DNA of 64,000 nt from Callorhinchus milii (taxonomy: Eukaryota): NCBI RefSeq assembly GCF_018977255.1, contig NW_024704742.1, positions 133,922,001 to 133,986,000 of the forward strand, given 5' to 3'. A program made the translations under genes and the position numbers. Position 1 is the stretch's first letter. Each line of letters opens with the position of its first letter. The notes below the pieces were generated by a model, which saw only the letters and a program-made list of their open reading frames with translations, ran no database searches and was not told the origin of the DNA. This document shows positions 1-13,290 of the stretch, in pieces.

Positions 1-312
1 GGTGGGTAACCAGAGGACTCAGATTTAAGTTAATTGGCAAAAGAACCAGAGGGGAGACGAGGAGAATTTTCTTTTTACCCAGAGAGTTATTTGGATCTGG
101 AATGCACCACCTGAAAGGGTGGTGGAAGCAGCTTCAATAATAGCTTTCAAAAGGAAATTGGATATTTACTTGAAAAGGAAAAAAATTGCAGGGCTATGGG
201 ATAAGAACGGTGGAGTGGGACTAGTTGGATAGTACTTTCACAGAGCCGGCAAAGGCATGATGGGCCAAATGGCATCCTTCTGTGCTGTAATATTCTATGA
301 TTACATGATTCT
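1..312 (+). mobile_element. CR1-clade LINE 3' end
   Basis: Matches the 3' part of the CR1 copy at 28702-29300; ends ggccaaatggcatccttctgtgctg plus an ATTCTATG-type tail. Confidence 0.85.
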
Positions 313-954
313 AAGTTGCTCCTAAACTCTATTTTAGCTCTATTATCTTAATGGCTATCTCACATTTATAAATGAGCTCTTGTTATGGACTCGCTAACAG
401 TTAGAAACAATCTATTCATGTCGAATGGCCTCCTTCTGTGCTGTGAAATTCTATGATTCTAACAGGAAGTGCAGAGCTGAGCCCAGCTTGCTTACATCTG
501 TGTGCGACACCAGAATTTGAAGAGTCTTAGATGCTCTGCAGCTTGAAAAATATTTACCACATGGTGTCAGCGAGCTGATAATATGCTGCGCGGGGACTTT
601 GCCTTCCACAGGCTATGTTGGATGAAAATGTGGCAGAATAAGTTACATGATTAAGATGTGATTGGAAACGTCTGCAGCCTTAAGCTCTCCAAGCCACATG
701 ACCAAATGCAGGCTGGATCCAAGGCTGCAACACGCACTTATGTCCTCATAACTTTAATCCACTTTATAATATATTCTGTGAAGCGCTGTAAGACATCTCA
801 ACAACATAATAATATATCAAATGTAAGGATTATTATTACTCATAATGTGAGCTCCCACTATGACGAATTTATGAGGTTCTTGCTATATTTAGCAAAGGGA
901 ATCTAATTGATCCCTGTGTTATTTGTTTGTTTCTCTATTTGTTTCTTGGTTTGT

Positions 955-1006
955 TGTATGTATGTATGTATGTATGTGTGTGTGTATCTATGTATGTATG
1001 TATGTA
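955..1006. repeat. (TATG)n/(TG)n microsatellite
   Basis: tgtatgtatgtatgtatgtatgtgtgtgtgtatctatgtatgtatg. Confidence 0.9.
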
Positions 1007-1239
1007 TTTAGTCAGAATAATAATCCTTGCATTTGGTATAGCATCTCAACACGCTTCACAGGATTTATTGTAAAGCTTAGTGACTGTGTATTTTGTAGGC
1101 GAACTCAGCAGCCCAATTGAACGCAGCAACGTCCCACAAGCATGAAGCAAATGACCAATTTGATTTAGGGGATTATTGGCCAGACTGCTTGTCTTATTTA
1201 TTTATTTGCTTGTTTGCTTGTTTCTTACAAATGACTCAT

Positions 1240-1930
1240 CCATTGGAATCACTGGCTAGCTTCCCACTGCTTGTCCAGCAAACTGTTTGGCTTGCAGAGT
1301 TAACAGGAGTTTGGACGTTTGCCCCTTCTAGTCTTGCTGAGCAGCCAAGCTCTTCATCCTGAAGTACAACGGACCCGCCTGGCTCAGGAACTGCACTACA
1401 AAGAGTTCCCACAGAGGGTTGGTTGTTTCTGATATTCTGTAGCCAGGTCTTAGAATCGATTTAAGCCAAAGAGCGTGCATTGGGATAAGGTTTACTTGCC
1501 ATTGAAAACGCTGTTTGCCAAGCTTCCCACTGCTTGTACAGCTCAGACCACCATCTTTTTGGGCTTTGACTTGCAGCTTGACAGGAGCTGAGTGAGAAGA
1601 ATCCTTGCCCTCAGTGACTGATCTGTTCGTAATAATAATAATACTTGCATTTGATATAGCACCTAATCACATCGTTGAGAAACTTCAGAGCGTTTCACAG
1701 AATATATTATTAAGTGGATTAACTTTATTGACTAATTATTATTGATTAATTAGTATTAATATTGAATATTGATTGATTTTCCACAACCGGCTGACAAGCC
1801 AAGGTGTTTGGTCTGTCATCAGCCCTGGAGTACTTTGGACCTGCCTGGTTCAGGAACAGGACTACCGAGAGAGACCACCTCAGAGGGTGGTGGACTTCGA
1901 TATCCGTCATTCTGTCGCCAGGTACATCAC
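1240..1930 (+). repeat. Unclassified old repeat: two diverged tandem units, the second interrupted by a SINE fragment (~1630-1760)
   Basis: gcttcccactgcttgt(c/a)cagc at ~1259 and ~1522; ggacc(c/t)gcctgg(c/t)tcaggaac at ~1371 and ~1838. Confidence 0.6.
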
Positions 1931-2199
1931 TTTGGAGCAGTTCAGTTCTGAAGTAGACCCTAAAGCAACAAAATTGATAGGACCGTATCTCAAGGTGATT
2001 CAGGAGAGGAGGCAAGAGACCTGGAGGGGGAACGAGAGAATAGTTAGTGCAACAAACACAGAAAGATTCAGCTCTGAACTGGTGACAAGAAATTCAGTCA
2101 AGGATGAGTCAAATTATGTAGCTCTTTAGTTAGTCCACTGTAACTACCAGATGCTGCTGTTATTGCAGATGGAACTGCTGCTCTCTAGTGAAATAATAT

Positions 2200-2905
2200 A
2201 ACATACATGTAGGAGCAGGAATAGGTCATTCGGTCATTCGAGCCTGGCCCGCCATTCAATCATGGCTGATCTTCTAATCTAACTCCAGCTAATAACCTGA
2301 CCCTGCCTTATCCCCATATCCCTTAATCCCTTTTGCAATAAAAAATCTATCTATCTCAGTCTTGAATATGTTCAAGGACTGAGCGTCAACAGCTCTTTGG
2401 GGTAGTGAGTTCCATACATTCCCGCCCTTTGAGTGAAGAAGTTCTTCCTCAACTCAGTGCAAAAGGGCTGCCTCTGATTTTAAGGTTGTGACCCCTGGTT
2501 TTAGTTTCTCCAACCAGGGGAAACAATCTCCCACTATCTACTCTATCATTCTATAAGATGCCCTCTTATTCTTCTATATTCTAGAGAATATAGGCCCAAA
2601 TTGGTCAGCCTATCCTCGTAACTCATCCCCTTCATCCCTGGTACTAACCTAGTAAATCTACATTGCACCCCCTCCACTGATTCACCCTTATCTAGTTTAC
2701 TGGAAATATCATCAAAACACTCTATGAGATTTGTCAAACATGACTTCCCTTTTGTAAAGCCATGTTGACTTGGCCTAATTATATTGTGCTCCCCTAAATA
2801 CCGCACTACCACATCCTTAATCAATGATTCTAATATTTTTCCTATCACTGATGTGAGACTAACTGGCCTATGGTTCCCCATCTTTTCCTTTCCACCTTTT
2901 TTAAA
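2200..2905 (-). mobile_element. CR1-clade LINE ORF2 remnant with internal deletion
   Basis: ORF 2546-2920: RPVSLTSVIGKILES...SQHGFTKGKSCLTNL fused directly to the C-terminal EGVQCRFTRLVPGM...GLYSLEYRRIRG. Confidence 0.9.
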
Positions 2906-5900
2906 TTTGCGATCTGACATTTCATTACGTGTGACCTATGAGCTTTTTGACACACAAGTCAGATCATAATGTTGCCTGCAGTAAGGAGTAGATTCCACAT
3001 TACATGTATAATCAACACCACAGTCACAGGAAATTACTGTATAAAAACTGCGTATGTAGACTAATAAGCTCACAGCAATGTTCCACAACCAGCATTGAAG
3101 TGAATAACTAATTTTGTCTGTGAGATTGTTGGCCAGGACAGAAGGGGAGAAACTCCCTTCTCTTTTCTGATAATGCCACGGGATCTTTAACATCCACCTG
3201 AAATGGCACAGATTTAACATCTCATCCACAGGACGGTGCCTCCAGCAATGCAATGACCTTCTTCTGCTCTGTTGAACTCGCAGTGTTTCTCTGAAGCTTT
3301 CTGTGTACATGGTGCAGCTGCTGTGATGTGCGGAGCTTTAAATAACCCATACAAAATCAATGTTGACAGGCATAATCTGTAATACAGCGATACTCTCACT
3401 GCCAAGGTCTGTCATTGTCAAACATGCGTCGTTAAGTGCCATAACCTGCCTCATAAAGCAATTTAACTTGACAACAATACTCCTAGGTCTCTAATCATGT
3501 CTAGTACCAATGGCAATTCAGCACATAAGCTGAGCAATTAACCAAAATAGCATCCATTTAGTGCACAGCTATGTAAACACATCGCTTTCTGCTCCCCAAA
3601 CCCATGCTCCTCAGAAAGGAGAATCACCTTTAATGACCAAAATGGGAAATTATGAAAATTGTGCCATGGAATGTGCTAATTATTACCTGTGATCATTATC
3701 ATGTCAATGAATGCGGTCGACCCGGCCTGTGGTTAACTGAAGGATGACCTTGACCGTGGCACCCCACCACAACCCCACCTCCACCACCCCTAGACTCCAA
3801 CACAGTGGCTGGGCCTGAAGCCAGCCATCGCTGCTGATGAACTGCTTCACTCAGCGAAAAGGAATTTGAGATGCAACAGGATTCCACAACCAGCAGCCCG
3901 ACCCCAGGTGGTCAATAGAGGAAACCTTATCATGGGGACTAAGTCCAGAGTGGGGAGAGTGGGTTAGGAGAGTCACAGCCAGGTAAGTGCTTCGCGGAGA
4001 CATGTAGCGTAAATAATAATAATCCTTGCATTCGATATAGGGCTTTTCACATCTTCTAAACGTGTCAAAGTGCTTCACAGAATATACAGTAAAGTGCTTC
4101 ACAGAATATACACTGAGCAAGTTTCCTTACTCCACACGCCTCTATTTACCTAGCAGTAAGTAAGAACTCAGTTGGTTAGTCAATTAGTGGATCGCTTTTC
4201 TGCGGTAATAATCACTTCAAAAATAATAAATAATATTGGTCACTCAAGCCTTGACTGTTTGTGGAGCACTGCTGTGCGCAATTAGCTGCCGCATTTCACC
4301 AACAAAATATACAGTCAGTTCACTTTACAGTATATTCTGTGAAGTGCTTTGAGACGTCTTGAAGACGTGATAAGGCGCTACATCAAATGCGAGGATTATT
4401 ATTATTATCTCTCATCTTCAGTTAGTCTGCCTTCTTTGACTGCATTCAGCAGCACCTGCAGATTACGATCACCTGCTGTTTTGCTGAAAAGTTGAAAGTG
4501 GTTGACAAGATATGCGATAAAACAGTGCAATACAATTTACGGTCACACAGTGCATGTCACAGGAGGATGTCCCAAAAAGTGTTCACGGTGTTAGATGGGC
4601 ACCCAAGCTGGAGTAGGAGCAAGAGCGAAGCTGGGAAGTTAGAGATAGAATGGTAATTTGAGAACATGAAAAGATCGAGGCAGGGTTTTTGGTGGGAGTG
4701 ATGACAGCGGTTTTGAAGGAAGTGGGAGCTGCTCCTGTGGTTAGACAGTGGTTAAAGATGTCTGCTGTAGGGGAGAAAGGAAATGAAGCTGGGAAGTCAG
4801 GAGAGAGATGGGTTCAAGTGAGCATGTTGTGGGTTTCTTGCTAATAATTAAATTAGGAGGTTTTTTTTTACACAGAGACATGAAATGTGCCCCTGGGTAC
4901 AGTCATCAACGCACGATCCATATTAGCTTCCAATAGGAAACTAGATAGTCAAATAGTTTTACGGGACTGAAAAGATTGCTCTTAAACAGACAGCACAGAC
5001 ATGATGAGTCAAATGGCCTTCTTCTGAGCTGTGCATGTGTATGGTTTTATGGTGCTAAAGAGGAGTAATCTGAAGAGATGTGTACGGCAAGCGAAACCGC
5101 AAGTAAATGAGATTGTATATAAGAACACAGAAATTGCTGGACGAAAGATGACCGAGGTCCATCATTTCACCTTCCACCATCCTTTCAGTCGCACATGTCA
5201 TGTCCCAAACTATATAGTGGATTGAATGGATTGCTCTAGCGAAGAGCCAGCAGGACATGATCAGCTGAATGGCGTTTTTCTTCTGCCCTGTGAATTTCTT
5301 TGGTTCCTCTGAGTGCTACGATCTGAACAATTTCTGGACGACACAATTTAAAAGGCACCTTTTCTGGGCCTCCACGCAATATAAGCAAAAGTTACCCAAA
5401 TAGCTGCCGACAAGCAAGGGAGATGCTTGTTATCTGAGGCTCACTCTTGCACTCCCCCCCCCCTACCATCGGCAGTCGGCCTTCAGCCTCTTTGTCCCCA
5501 CCATTTGGAAATCCATCCCACAGTGCCTTCACTTCGCCCCTGTCTCAAGACCTTCCTCTTCGACCAAGCGTTCAGTCACTCTCCTTCCCCATTCTCCCTG
5601 CCCTCCACCCCTCCTGATCCCAACCTGAAGCTTGCTATATGAATGCAATTTCTTGTTGTTGCTGATGCTCCAGGGCAGTACTGGGGGTATACTGGAGATG
5701 TGCTCTTTCAGATTGATGTTAAACCGAGGTCCTGTCTGCCTACTCGGGTGGACATTAAAGATCCCATGGCACTACTCAGAAAAAAGGGAGTTACTCCTGG
5801 TGTTCTGACCAACAATTCCCTCAGATAAAATTGGCTGTTCACCCGCATGGCTGTTTGTGAGACATATTTATGTGCAAATTTATGTGCATATTTATATTGC

Positions 5901-6431
5901 AAACTGTTGGTTCACTTAAAAAATTCAGTCACCAGACTGTACAATAAATAGAAGCGCTTTGAGACTTTTCAGTGACATGATAAGGTGCTGTATTAAATAC
6001 AAGAATCATTATATTGTAACTAGCTGTCTATTATGTGCTGTTTGAATTGAAACACCCTCAGGGGATTTACAATCAGGTTCCTTTAGCTTAATATATACAA
6101 ATGTTTCTAACTTGACATGTACTTTGTGTGACCGCTGTCAGCTGGTCGAGAGGAAAGCTTAGATTTCAAACGCATCAAGATATATTAAATCCTCCTTTCA
6201 ACAACTATCACATCTGCTGCTGCATCATATATTGTGATGCCATTTATATCCGGTTTTAAATCAGACATAAATAGATCAGATCTGATGAGTAAAGCATCTT
6301 ATAATGATGATCATGAAGATTGGGGAGGACAAGTTTGCAGGGCTATGGGGGAGAGCGCGGGAAGTGGCACAGACACGACTGGCCGAATGGCCTCCTTCTG
6401 TGCTGTATAATTCTATGATTCTATGTATCAT

Positions 6432-6765
6432 TGGAGTCCTGTAACGTAGTGGTGAGTCGCGCTCGCCTCGCAAGCAAAAGGACCTGGGTTGATTCCCGAA
6501 ACCGTAGGCAAGTTTCCTTATTCCACACACCTCTGTTTATCTAGTAGGAACCCAGTTGTTAGTCAATTGGCAGATCACTTTCTGGGGATAATAATCCCCC
6601 CCAAAAAAATGTTGTCGCTCAATCCACGACAGCTGCATGCAATTGGCTGCCATGTTTTGCACACAAAATATAGTCAATTCACTTTACAGTATATTCTGTG
6701 AAGCACTTAGAGACGTCTCAACCACATGATGAAGTGATATATCAAATGCACGGATTATTCTTAAT
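6432..6765 (+). mobile_element. tRNA-headed SINE, long form
   Basis: ggagtcctgta...gggttgattccc head; taggaacccagttgttagtcaattgg insert; shared body; aaatgca.ggattatt tail. Confidence 0.8.
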
Positions 6766-6769
6766 ATTA

Positions 6770-7345
6770 CAACAACAACAACAACAACTTGGATTTATAT
6801 AGCACCCTCCACGCTGGACGGCGTCTCAGAGGGCTTCACGGAAACGAATCCCGGGGCCGAGCCAGGGGGAGGGGGAGGGGGAGGAAGGTGACCAAAGGCG
6901 CGATCGAAAAGAAAGGTCTTCAGAAGGGACCTGAAAATAGGAAGAGAGGGAGCGAGCCGAAGGGAGTTAGGAAGGGAATTCCAGAGCCTCGGGGCATAGT
7001 GGCTAAAGGCACGGCCACTGAGGGTGGAGCGGAGGACTCGGGGGATGAGGAGGAGGCCAGACCCGTAGGATCAAAGGCAATGGGTACTGTTTTGAGGAGA
7101 GAGGAGGTCAGAGGAGGTTGGGGGTTGCAGAGGAGTGCAGGGACTTGAATACAAGGGTGAGGATCTTGAAATCAATCCTGTCTGGGACAGGCAGCCAGTG
7201 CAGTCTGGCAAGGACTGGGGTAATCGGGGAGCGGAGTTTGATGCGGGTGAGAATGCGGGCGGCAGAGTTTTGGATGATTTGGATTTTATGGATGGTGGTG
7301 GTTGGGAGACTGGCGAGGAGGGTATTAGAGTAGTCCAGCTGAGAG
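6770..7345 (-). mobile_element. L2-clade LINE 3' fragment
   Basis: (CAA)n tail on +, then antisense L2 ORF2 C-terminal sequence resembling 32300-32640. Confidence 0.85.
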
Positions 7346-10300
7346 GTATATTAATAGTGTCTTTCACATCCGCGGACGTCTCAAAGTGATTCACAGAATA
7401 TAACTATAAAATGTAGTCACTGTGTATTTTGTAGGCGAATGTAGCAGCCAATTTGCACACAGTAATGTCTCGCAAACAGCCATGAAGTGAGTGATAAATT
7501 TTATCTGGGGGATTGTTAAACAGGACACCAGGAAACCTCCATTCTCTTTTGGAATAGTTCCATGGGATTATTCACCTGAATAGACAGGCAGGACCTCAGT
7601 TTAATGAAACATACTCCCATTACTGTATGAGCTCCAATGTGGCGCTTCAACCTACAACTCTGTGACATCTTCTGATACAATCATTGGCACTTAAAGGATT
7701 GTTGAGCGAAAATCTGATTGAAAAGATGTATATTTTAGCAGGATTTGAAGGTAGAGAAAGCTGAAGAGTTACTGGAAGAGAGTATTAGAGGGCAAGCTAC
7801 AGTCTCTGATGGCACAGCCATCAATAGTGGGATGGGAGTGAGGAGCGAGCATTCAGCCAGTATCAGAAGAGGTGGAGGGAATAAGTAGAAGAATAGGGTT
7901 GGAAGAGTATGTGAATATTACAGTGAATATTACAATATCTCTACCCTGCAGGCCAACCTCCTGAAATCCATAGAAAATCATATAACATACACCGAGACAT
8001 CAAATTGGAAATAAAATGCTCTCAAGCCAGAGATGTAATAAACATTTCATTTTTTTGAAGGGTGTGGGGGAAATGGTGTATGTCTGTAAGGTGAAAGACG
8101 AAATTAAATTCTGAATTACTTTATTCTCAGCACCATCGCTAAACCGGTTGTTTCTCAATTGGCGGATTGCTTTCCGGGGTAATAATCCCTCCATAAAAAA
8201 TTGATCGCTCAATCCATGACTGCTTGTGGGACAATATTTGCTTCTACGTTTCACAAAATATACAGTCAACTCCCATACAGTATATTCTGAGAAGCGCTTT
8301 GATAAGGCATGATAAGGCACTATATCAAATGTAGATATTGTTATTATTATCTGAGGCGCTGAAGCATATGGGTTTTAGTCTGTGTCCAGAGGGAGTGAGA
8401 GAGGTTTCATGCAAGAGCTTTGTGCTTTGGCTTTAACTCAACTAGTTACAGGCCTTGTTGGCCAGCAGGTTGGACCATTTGGTGGATATCAGAATTTGAA
8501 ATTAACTAACACCTACTTAAGGATTCTAACACTCAGTTGACATTGCAGATTCAGGAACCCGAATGCAAATCAGGCAAAGTACCACGCTGTACTTTAGCAC
8601 GTTTTTCCCAAATTTGCATTTCATTGCTAGCAGCGTCACATTGCTGTCAAGTCCCTAGCTGTGGTCTGATGAAAGATCACGCCATCCTTTGTTGCAGTCT
8701 GGAGGCAGCTGGCATGGATTTGGGGTGTGAATGTTGGCTCTTAATAAGTCCGTGTGCATAGAAATCTTAACATCTTTCTTATATGAGTTATGCACTGGTA
8801 ATGAGGCAATTGCAGTAATCAAGGGAGCCTTGTGTATTGTGTAATGCATACCCAAACCCCACACCAGATGATGATCTGTTTTTCCACCCACAAAATACAG
8901 TCAATTCAATTTACAGTATATTCTGTGAAGCGCTTTGGGATGTCTAGAAGATGTGAGAAGGCGCTATATCAAATGCAAGGATTATTATATTATTATTTAT
9001 ACTGTAGACCCAAAACATTAGATGGTATTGAAAGTATTCATAAATGACTTGTCATGGGGAAAACCAATCTTGGTTTTACGTTCTATGTAATTCTAAAAAA
9101 AATTGTTTAATCCCACACTGGAACTTGGAACTCACATAATGTAAAATGACACTCAATTTGCTGTGCTTGGGATGAGCTGAATTGTCATAGGTGTTGCCCT
9201 TCAGGTGAGACATTAAGCCAAGGTCCCTTCTGCCTGTTCAGGTGGACGTTAAAGATTATTCGAAGAGAGAAGGGAATTTCTCCCGGGGTTCTGGCCAATA
9301 ATCCAGAGGGTGCCAATGTCAGGCCTCGGGGTGCAGAACATGTTGCATGGTTGTCTTGTGCATAGCTGAAGATCTTCATGGAGCTAGTGTTGAAATCAAC
9401 AACGACAAACAACTAGCGTTGACACAGCACCCTTCACATAGAGTCCTGGTCGTCATCTGTAAAGCTCTGAGAGGCGCTGAGCCAACATGCTGCCTCGCAT
9501 GTGGCTTCCAAGAGGTCAGTTTCCACTGAGGGTTGATTCTACTGAAGTGCTATAAGAGATAAGTATAACCATTAGTGAGTAATTCTTTCCTCGAGCACAT
9601 GACTTTGGTTCAGAGTGACCCCATAGCAAAAGCCCTCTAGACGCATCAGATTGACAACCTGGAACCCGCTTCTCAGTTGTTCTGAGAGGAAATTCATCGT
9701 GTTATGTATATTATCCCTCTCGCGGGGGTTGTGTAAATTGGAGCGAGCCAGCAATAACATAACTTTTATATCTAGACTGTTGGAAGAACAGATTTGATGG
9801 ATCCAAATCAACCATTTATTTCCTTCCTGTTATTGTTAAATGTAATAATTTATTATCTGTGTTAGATTCAGTCATCTACAGAGCATTCAACTTGTGGTGT
9901 TTAATGTGGGTACATGCAGAGAACGTGGGACTCGATTCCAGTAGGAGACAGATTTTATTATTAATCTTCACATTTGATATAGTGCTTTCCTAAAATGTAC
10001 CTAAAAAATCTCAAAACGTTTCACAGATGATTACTGTAAAGTGCAAAGACTGTGTACTTGTAGGCAAATCCTGCAGCCAATTTGCAAACAGCTATGTCCC
10101 ACAAACAACCATTAAGTGAATGATCATTTTTTTAAATCTGGAGGATTGTTAGCCAGGACACTGGGAGAAACTCCATTATCTTTTCAAATAATGCCACAGG
10201 ATCTTTAATATCCACCTGTACAGGAAGACAGAGCTACACTTTATCATCTCTTCCAGAGGATGACACCTCCAGCAATGCAGCTCTCCCCATCACCGCATTA

Positions 10301-10504
10301 ACCCTGCAAGCCAAAACCTTAAGCGCTCCGGGATGCGACACCGTGTTGAAAGGTGCTATATAAATGCAAGTTGTTATATAATAATAATATTATAATATTA
10401 CTATTATTATAAGTTGTTGTTGATATTGGGTAGGATGGTCCTAACTGGACAAGCAGTGGGAAGCTTCTCAGACAGTGCTTTCAATGGCAAGCTATGTAGT
10501 TTTA

Positions 10505-10915
10505 ATAATAATAGTTCTTGCATTTGGTATAGGCTCTTCCATGAAGGACATCCCAAAGTATTTCACAGGATTTACTGTTAATTGGAGGGATTATGTATTT
10601 GTGAGCGAATACAACAGCCAATATGCCCACAGCATTGTCCCACAAACAAATGTGAAGTGAATGACCAATTTTATTTGGGATTGTTAGCCAGGACATCAGG
10701 AAAAATTCCCTTTTCTTTCTTTCGAGTAGTGCCATGGGATCTTTAACATTTATCTGAACAGGCAGCCAGGATCTTGGTCTAACATCTCAACTCAAACACC
10801 ACCCACCTGCCCCCCACACCACATTGGATTGTCAGCTTAGACTATTCTAGGTTTAAGTCCCAATGTGGGGCTTAAACCTAGAAATTTCTGACTCAGAGAC
10901 GAGAGTGCGACCACT
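10505..10915 (-). mobile_element. Deu-domain-type SINE
   Basis: Reverse complement of the head (actctcgtctctgagtcagaa), the aaagatcccatggcactac core and the shared 3' body. Confidence 0.8.
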
Positions 10916-11779
10916 GCAGCAGCCTGCTTAAACTCCCAACAGTACTCCCTAAACACTCTTTGGACCAGAAGTAGGTAAGCAAGGGGTGTCCCTCTAGGGA
11001 GAGAGCACACGGATTTCACTTCAGATATGGTTTTTACCCTGTGTCGATGGCATACATGGGACTCTAAGTCTGCTTTGAATGCTATTAAACATGCTGATGT
11101 GTTTTCCCACTTGTCAAAGGAAGAAGGCTTGTCAGCCCATTAGACTTCATTCTTCCTGAATATCCACCTTACTATCTTTCCATCACGTCATCAAGCAGTT
11201 TGTTAAATGAGTCCAGGTGTCTCTCTTCACCCAAACTTCCTCTCAACCTTGTCCTGTCATTAAATACTCTCTGAGTAAATAAATAAATGCTTCCTAGTGT
11301 TTGTCCTGAAATTGCCCTCTACATCTCTCAATCCATATCTTGTTCTGGCACATCTGAAAATATTGTTCTGAGTTTACATTATCAAACCCATTTAAAACCT
11401 TGTACATCTCTATAAGGTTCTCTTGTTTCAAGACTGAACAGCCATAGCCTGTCTAACCATTTTGCATAGCTCATTCCTCCAACACTGGGGATCATCCTTG
11501 TTGCTTGCACCAGCCCCTTTGTCTGTACTCACAAGTGTCTTTTATTAATAATAATATCCTTACATTTGATATAGCGCCTTTCACGTTGGAAGGACTTCTG
11601 AAAGGGCTTCGCATGATTTGCTGTAAAGTTTAGTCACTGTGTATTTTGTAGGCAAACTGTATTTTGTTTTCTCACATCTGCCTGTACTTAATAGGCCAAT
11701 GGGGAGTCTACCGTTCTATTTTAATGAACAATGTTTTACTTGGTTTCCCCACGTGACAACATGAAGGAATCAAATCATG

Positions 11780-12082
11780 TTAATAATCCTTGCATTTGAT
11801 ATAGTGCTTTTGACATCTTCTGGACGTCTCAAAGCGCTTCACAGAATAGACTGTAAAGTGAATTGATTGTATACTTTGTGGGCGAAACGCGGCAGCCAAT
11901 TGCGCACAGCAGTGTCCCACAATCAGTCGTTGATTGAGTGCCCAAATTATTTTTTTTCTTGAGGGATTATTATCAGGCGTGTAGAGTAAGGAAACTTGAC
12001 CAAGGTTTCGCCCTGCTGGGAATCAAACCCAGGTGTCTCGCTTGCGAGGCGAGCTCTAACCACTGAGCTACAGGATTCCACT
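11780..12082 (-). mobile_element. tRNA-headed SINE, short form
   Basis: Near full-length reverse complement of 16199-16525. Confidence 0.88.
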
Positions 12083-12689
12083 GTTGTGTTGTGATGTTTT
12101 ACAACTTCACTGATGGGAATAGAGACTTCCTTGTAGAGCAGATACCAAACACATGCTGCATGTCTGAGAAAAGTAGGGACGGGGGGGGCGGGGGTTGGAG
12201 AGGCTGGAGGGGAACTGCGATCTGTGTGGACCACTTAACAATGGGAAGTATTCTAAAATCACATTAACCTTCAACTTCAATCTGGATTTTGTGTTCCACG
12301 TCAGTCTCTGGTGAGTACACTACAGTCCCTCAGTTAAGCTTCTCTACAAAGAGAGGATATTATTTTATCTTGATGTAATTTCCTGTAAATTCCTGCTGCG
12401 GTAACTTTACAGAGCAGAAGTGTAAGTGTGAGCTCCTTAAGAAGTCAGTTCCTTACCCTGCCTGCTATCGGTGATTGGGCCTTCAGCCTTTCTGCCCTCA
12501 CCCTCTGGTACTCTAACCCAGAGCCACTCCATCTTGGCCCCTCCGTTGCCCCTTTCAAGGCCCATCTCAAGACCTTCCTTTTCGACCGTGCCTTCGGTTA
12601 TCTTTCATCCTCCACCCTCTTTGGTCTTCACCCCTCCTTGAATCCCAAACCTCAGTTTTGGTGCAAACCACTCATTTTCCAGCGTCTCG

Positions 12690-13290
12690 GGACAAAGGAG
12701 AAACTATTTCCACTGGGATCGGTAACCCAAGGACATTGATTTAAAATAGATGTTAAAAGAAATAGAGGGCAGGTGAGGAGAAATTTTTTTCACACGGCAA
12801 ATTGTTCAGATCTGGAATGCATTGCCTGAGAGGGTGGTGGAAGCCAATTCGATAACAACTTTTAAGAGAGAAGTAGATAATTACAACAACAACAACAACA
12901 AGATTCCATTTATAGAACGCCTTTCACGTCGGGAGGACGTCCCAAGGCGCTGTACAGTTGGGTCAGGACCCGAGCAAGGGGAAATGGGGAGGGAAGGGAG
13001 GGAGCGAGGAGGGGGTAGAGAGTCGAGAGGGGAGCTGAAGGCATGGTCAAAGAGAAGGGTCTTGAGACCGGCCTTGAAGGAGGAAAGGGAGGAGGCAAGG
13101 CGAAGGCACTGGGGGATAGAGTTCCAGATCCTAGGGGATGAGAGGCTGAAGGCCCGGCAAGTTTGCAGGGTTATGGAGAGCGAGCAGGAGAGTGGGATTG
13201 AATTGGATAGCTCTTTTTAAAGAGCCAACACAGACACGATGAGCCAAATGGTCTCCTTCTGTGCTGTATAAGTCTATGATTCTATGATCC
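12690..13290 (+). mobile_element. CR1 3' fragment interrupted by an antisense young L2 3' end (~12883-13158)
   Basis: CR1 ...gagaagtagataatta | (CAA)n gattccatttatagaacgcc... | caagtttgcagggttatggagag... CR1 resumes and ends tctatgattctatga. Confidence 0.85.

Noticed and set aside
1773..2129. 118-aa ORF
   Set aside because: Overlaps the unclassified repeat, has a non-ATG start and no recognisable domain.
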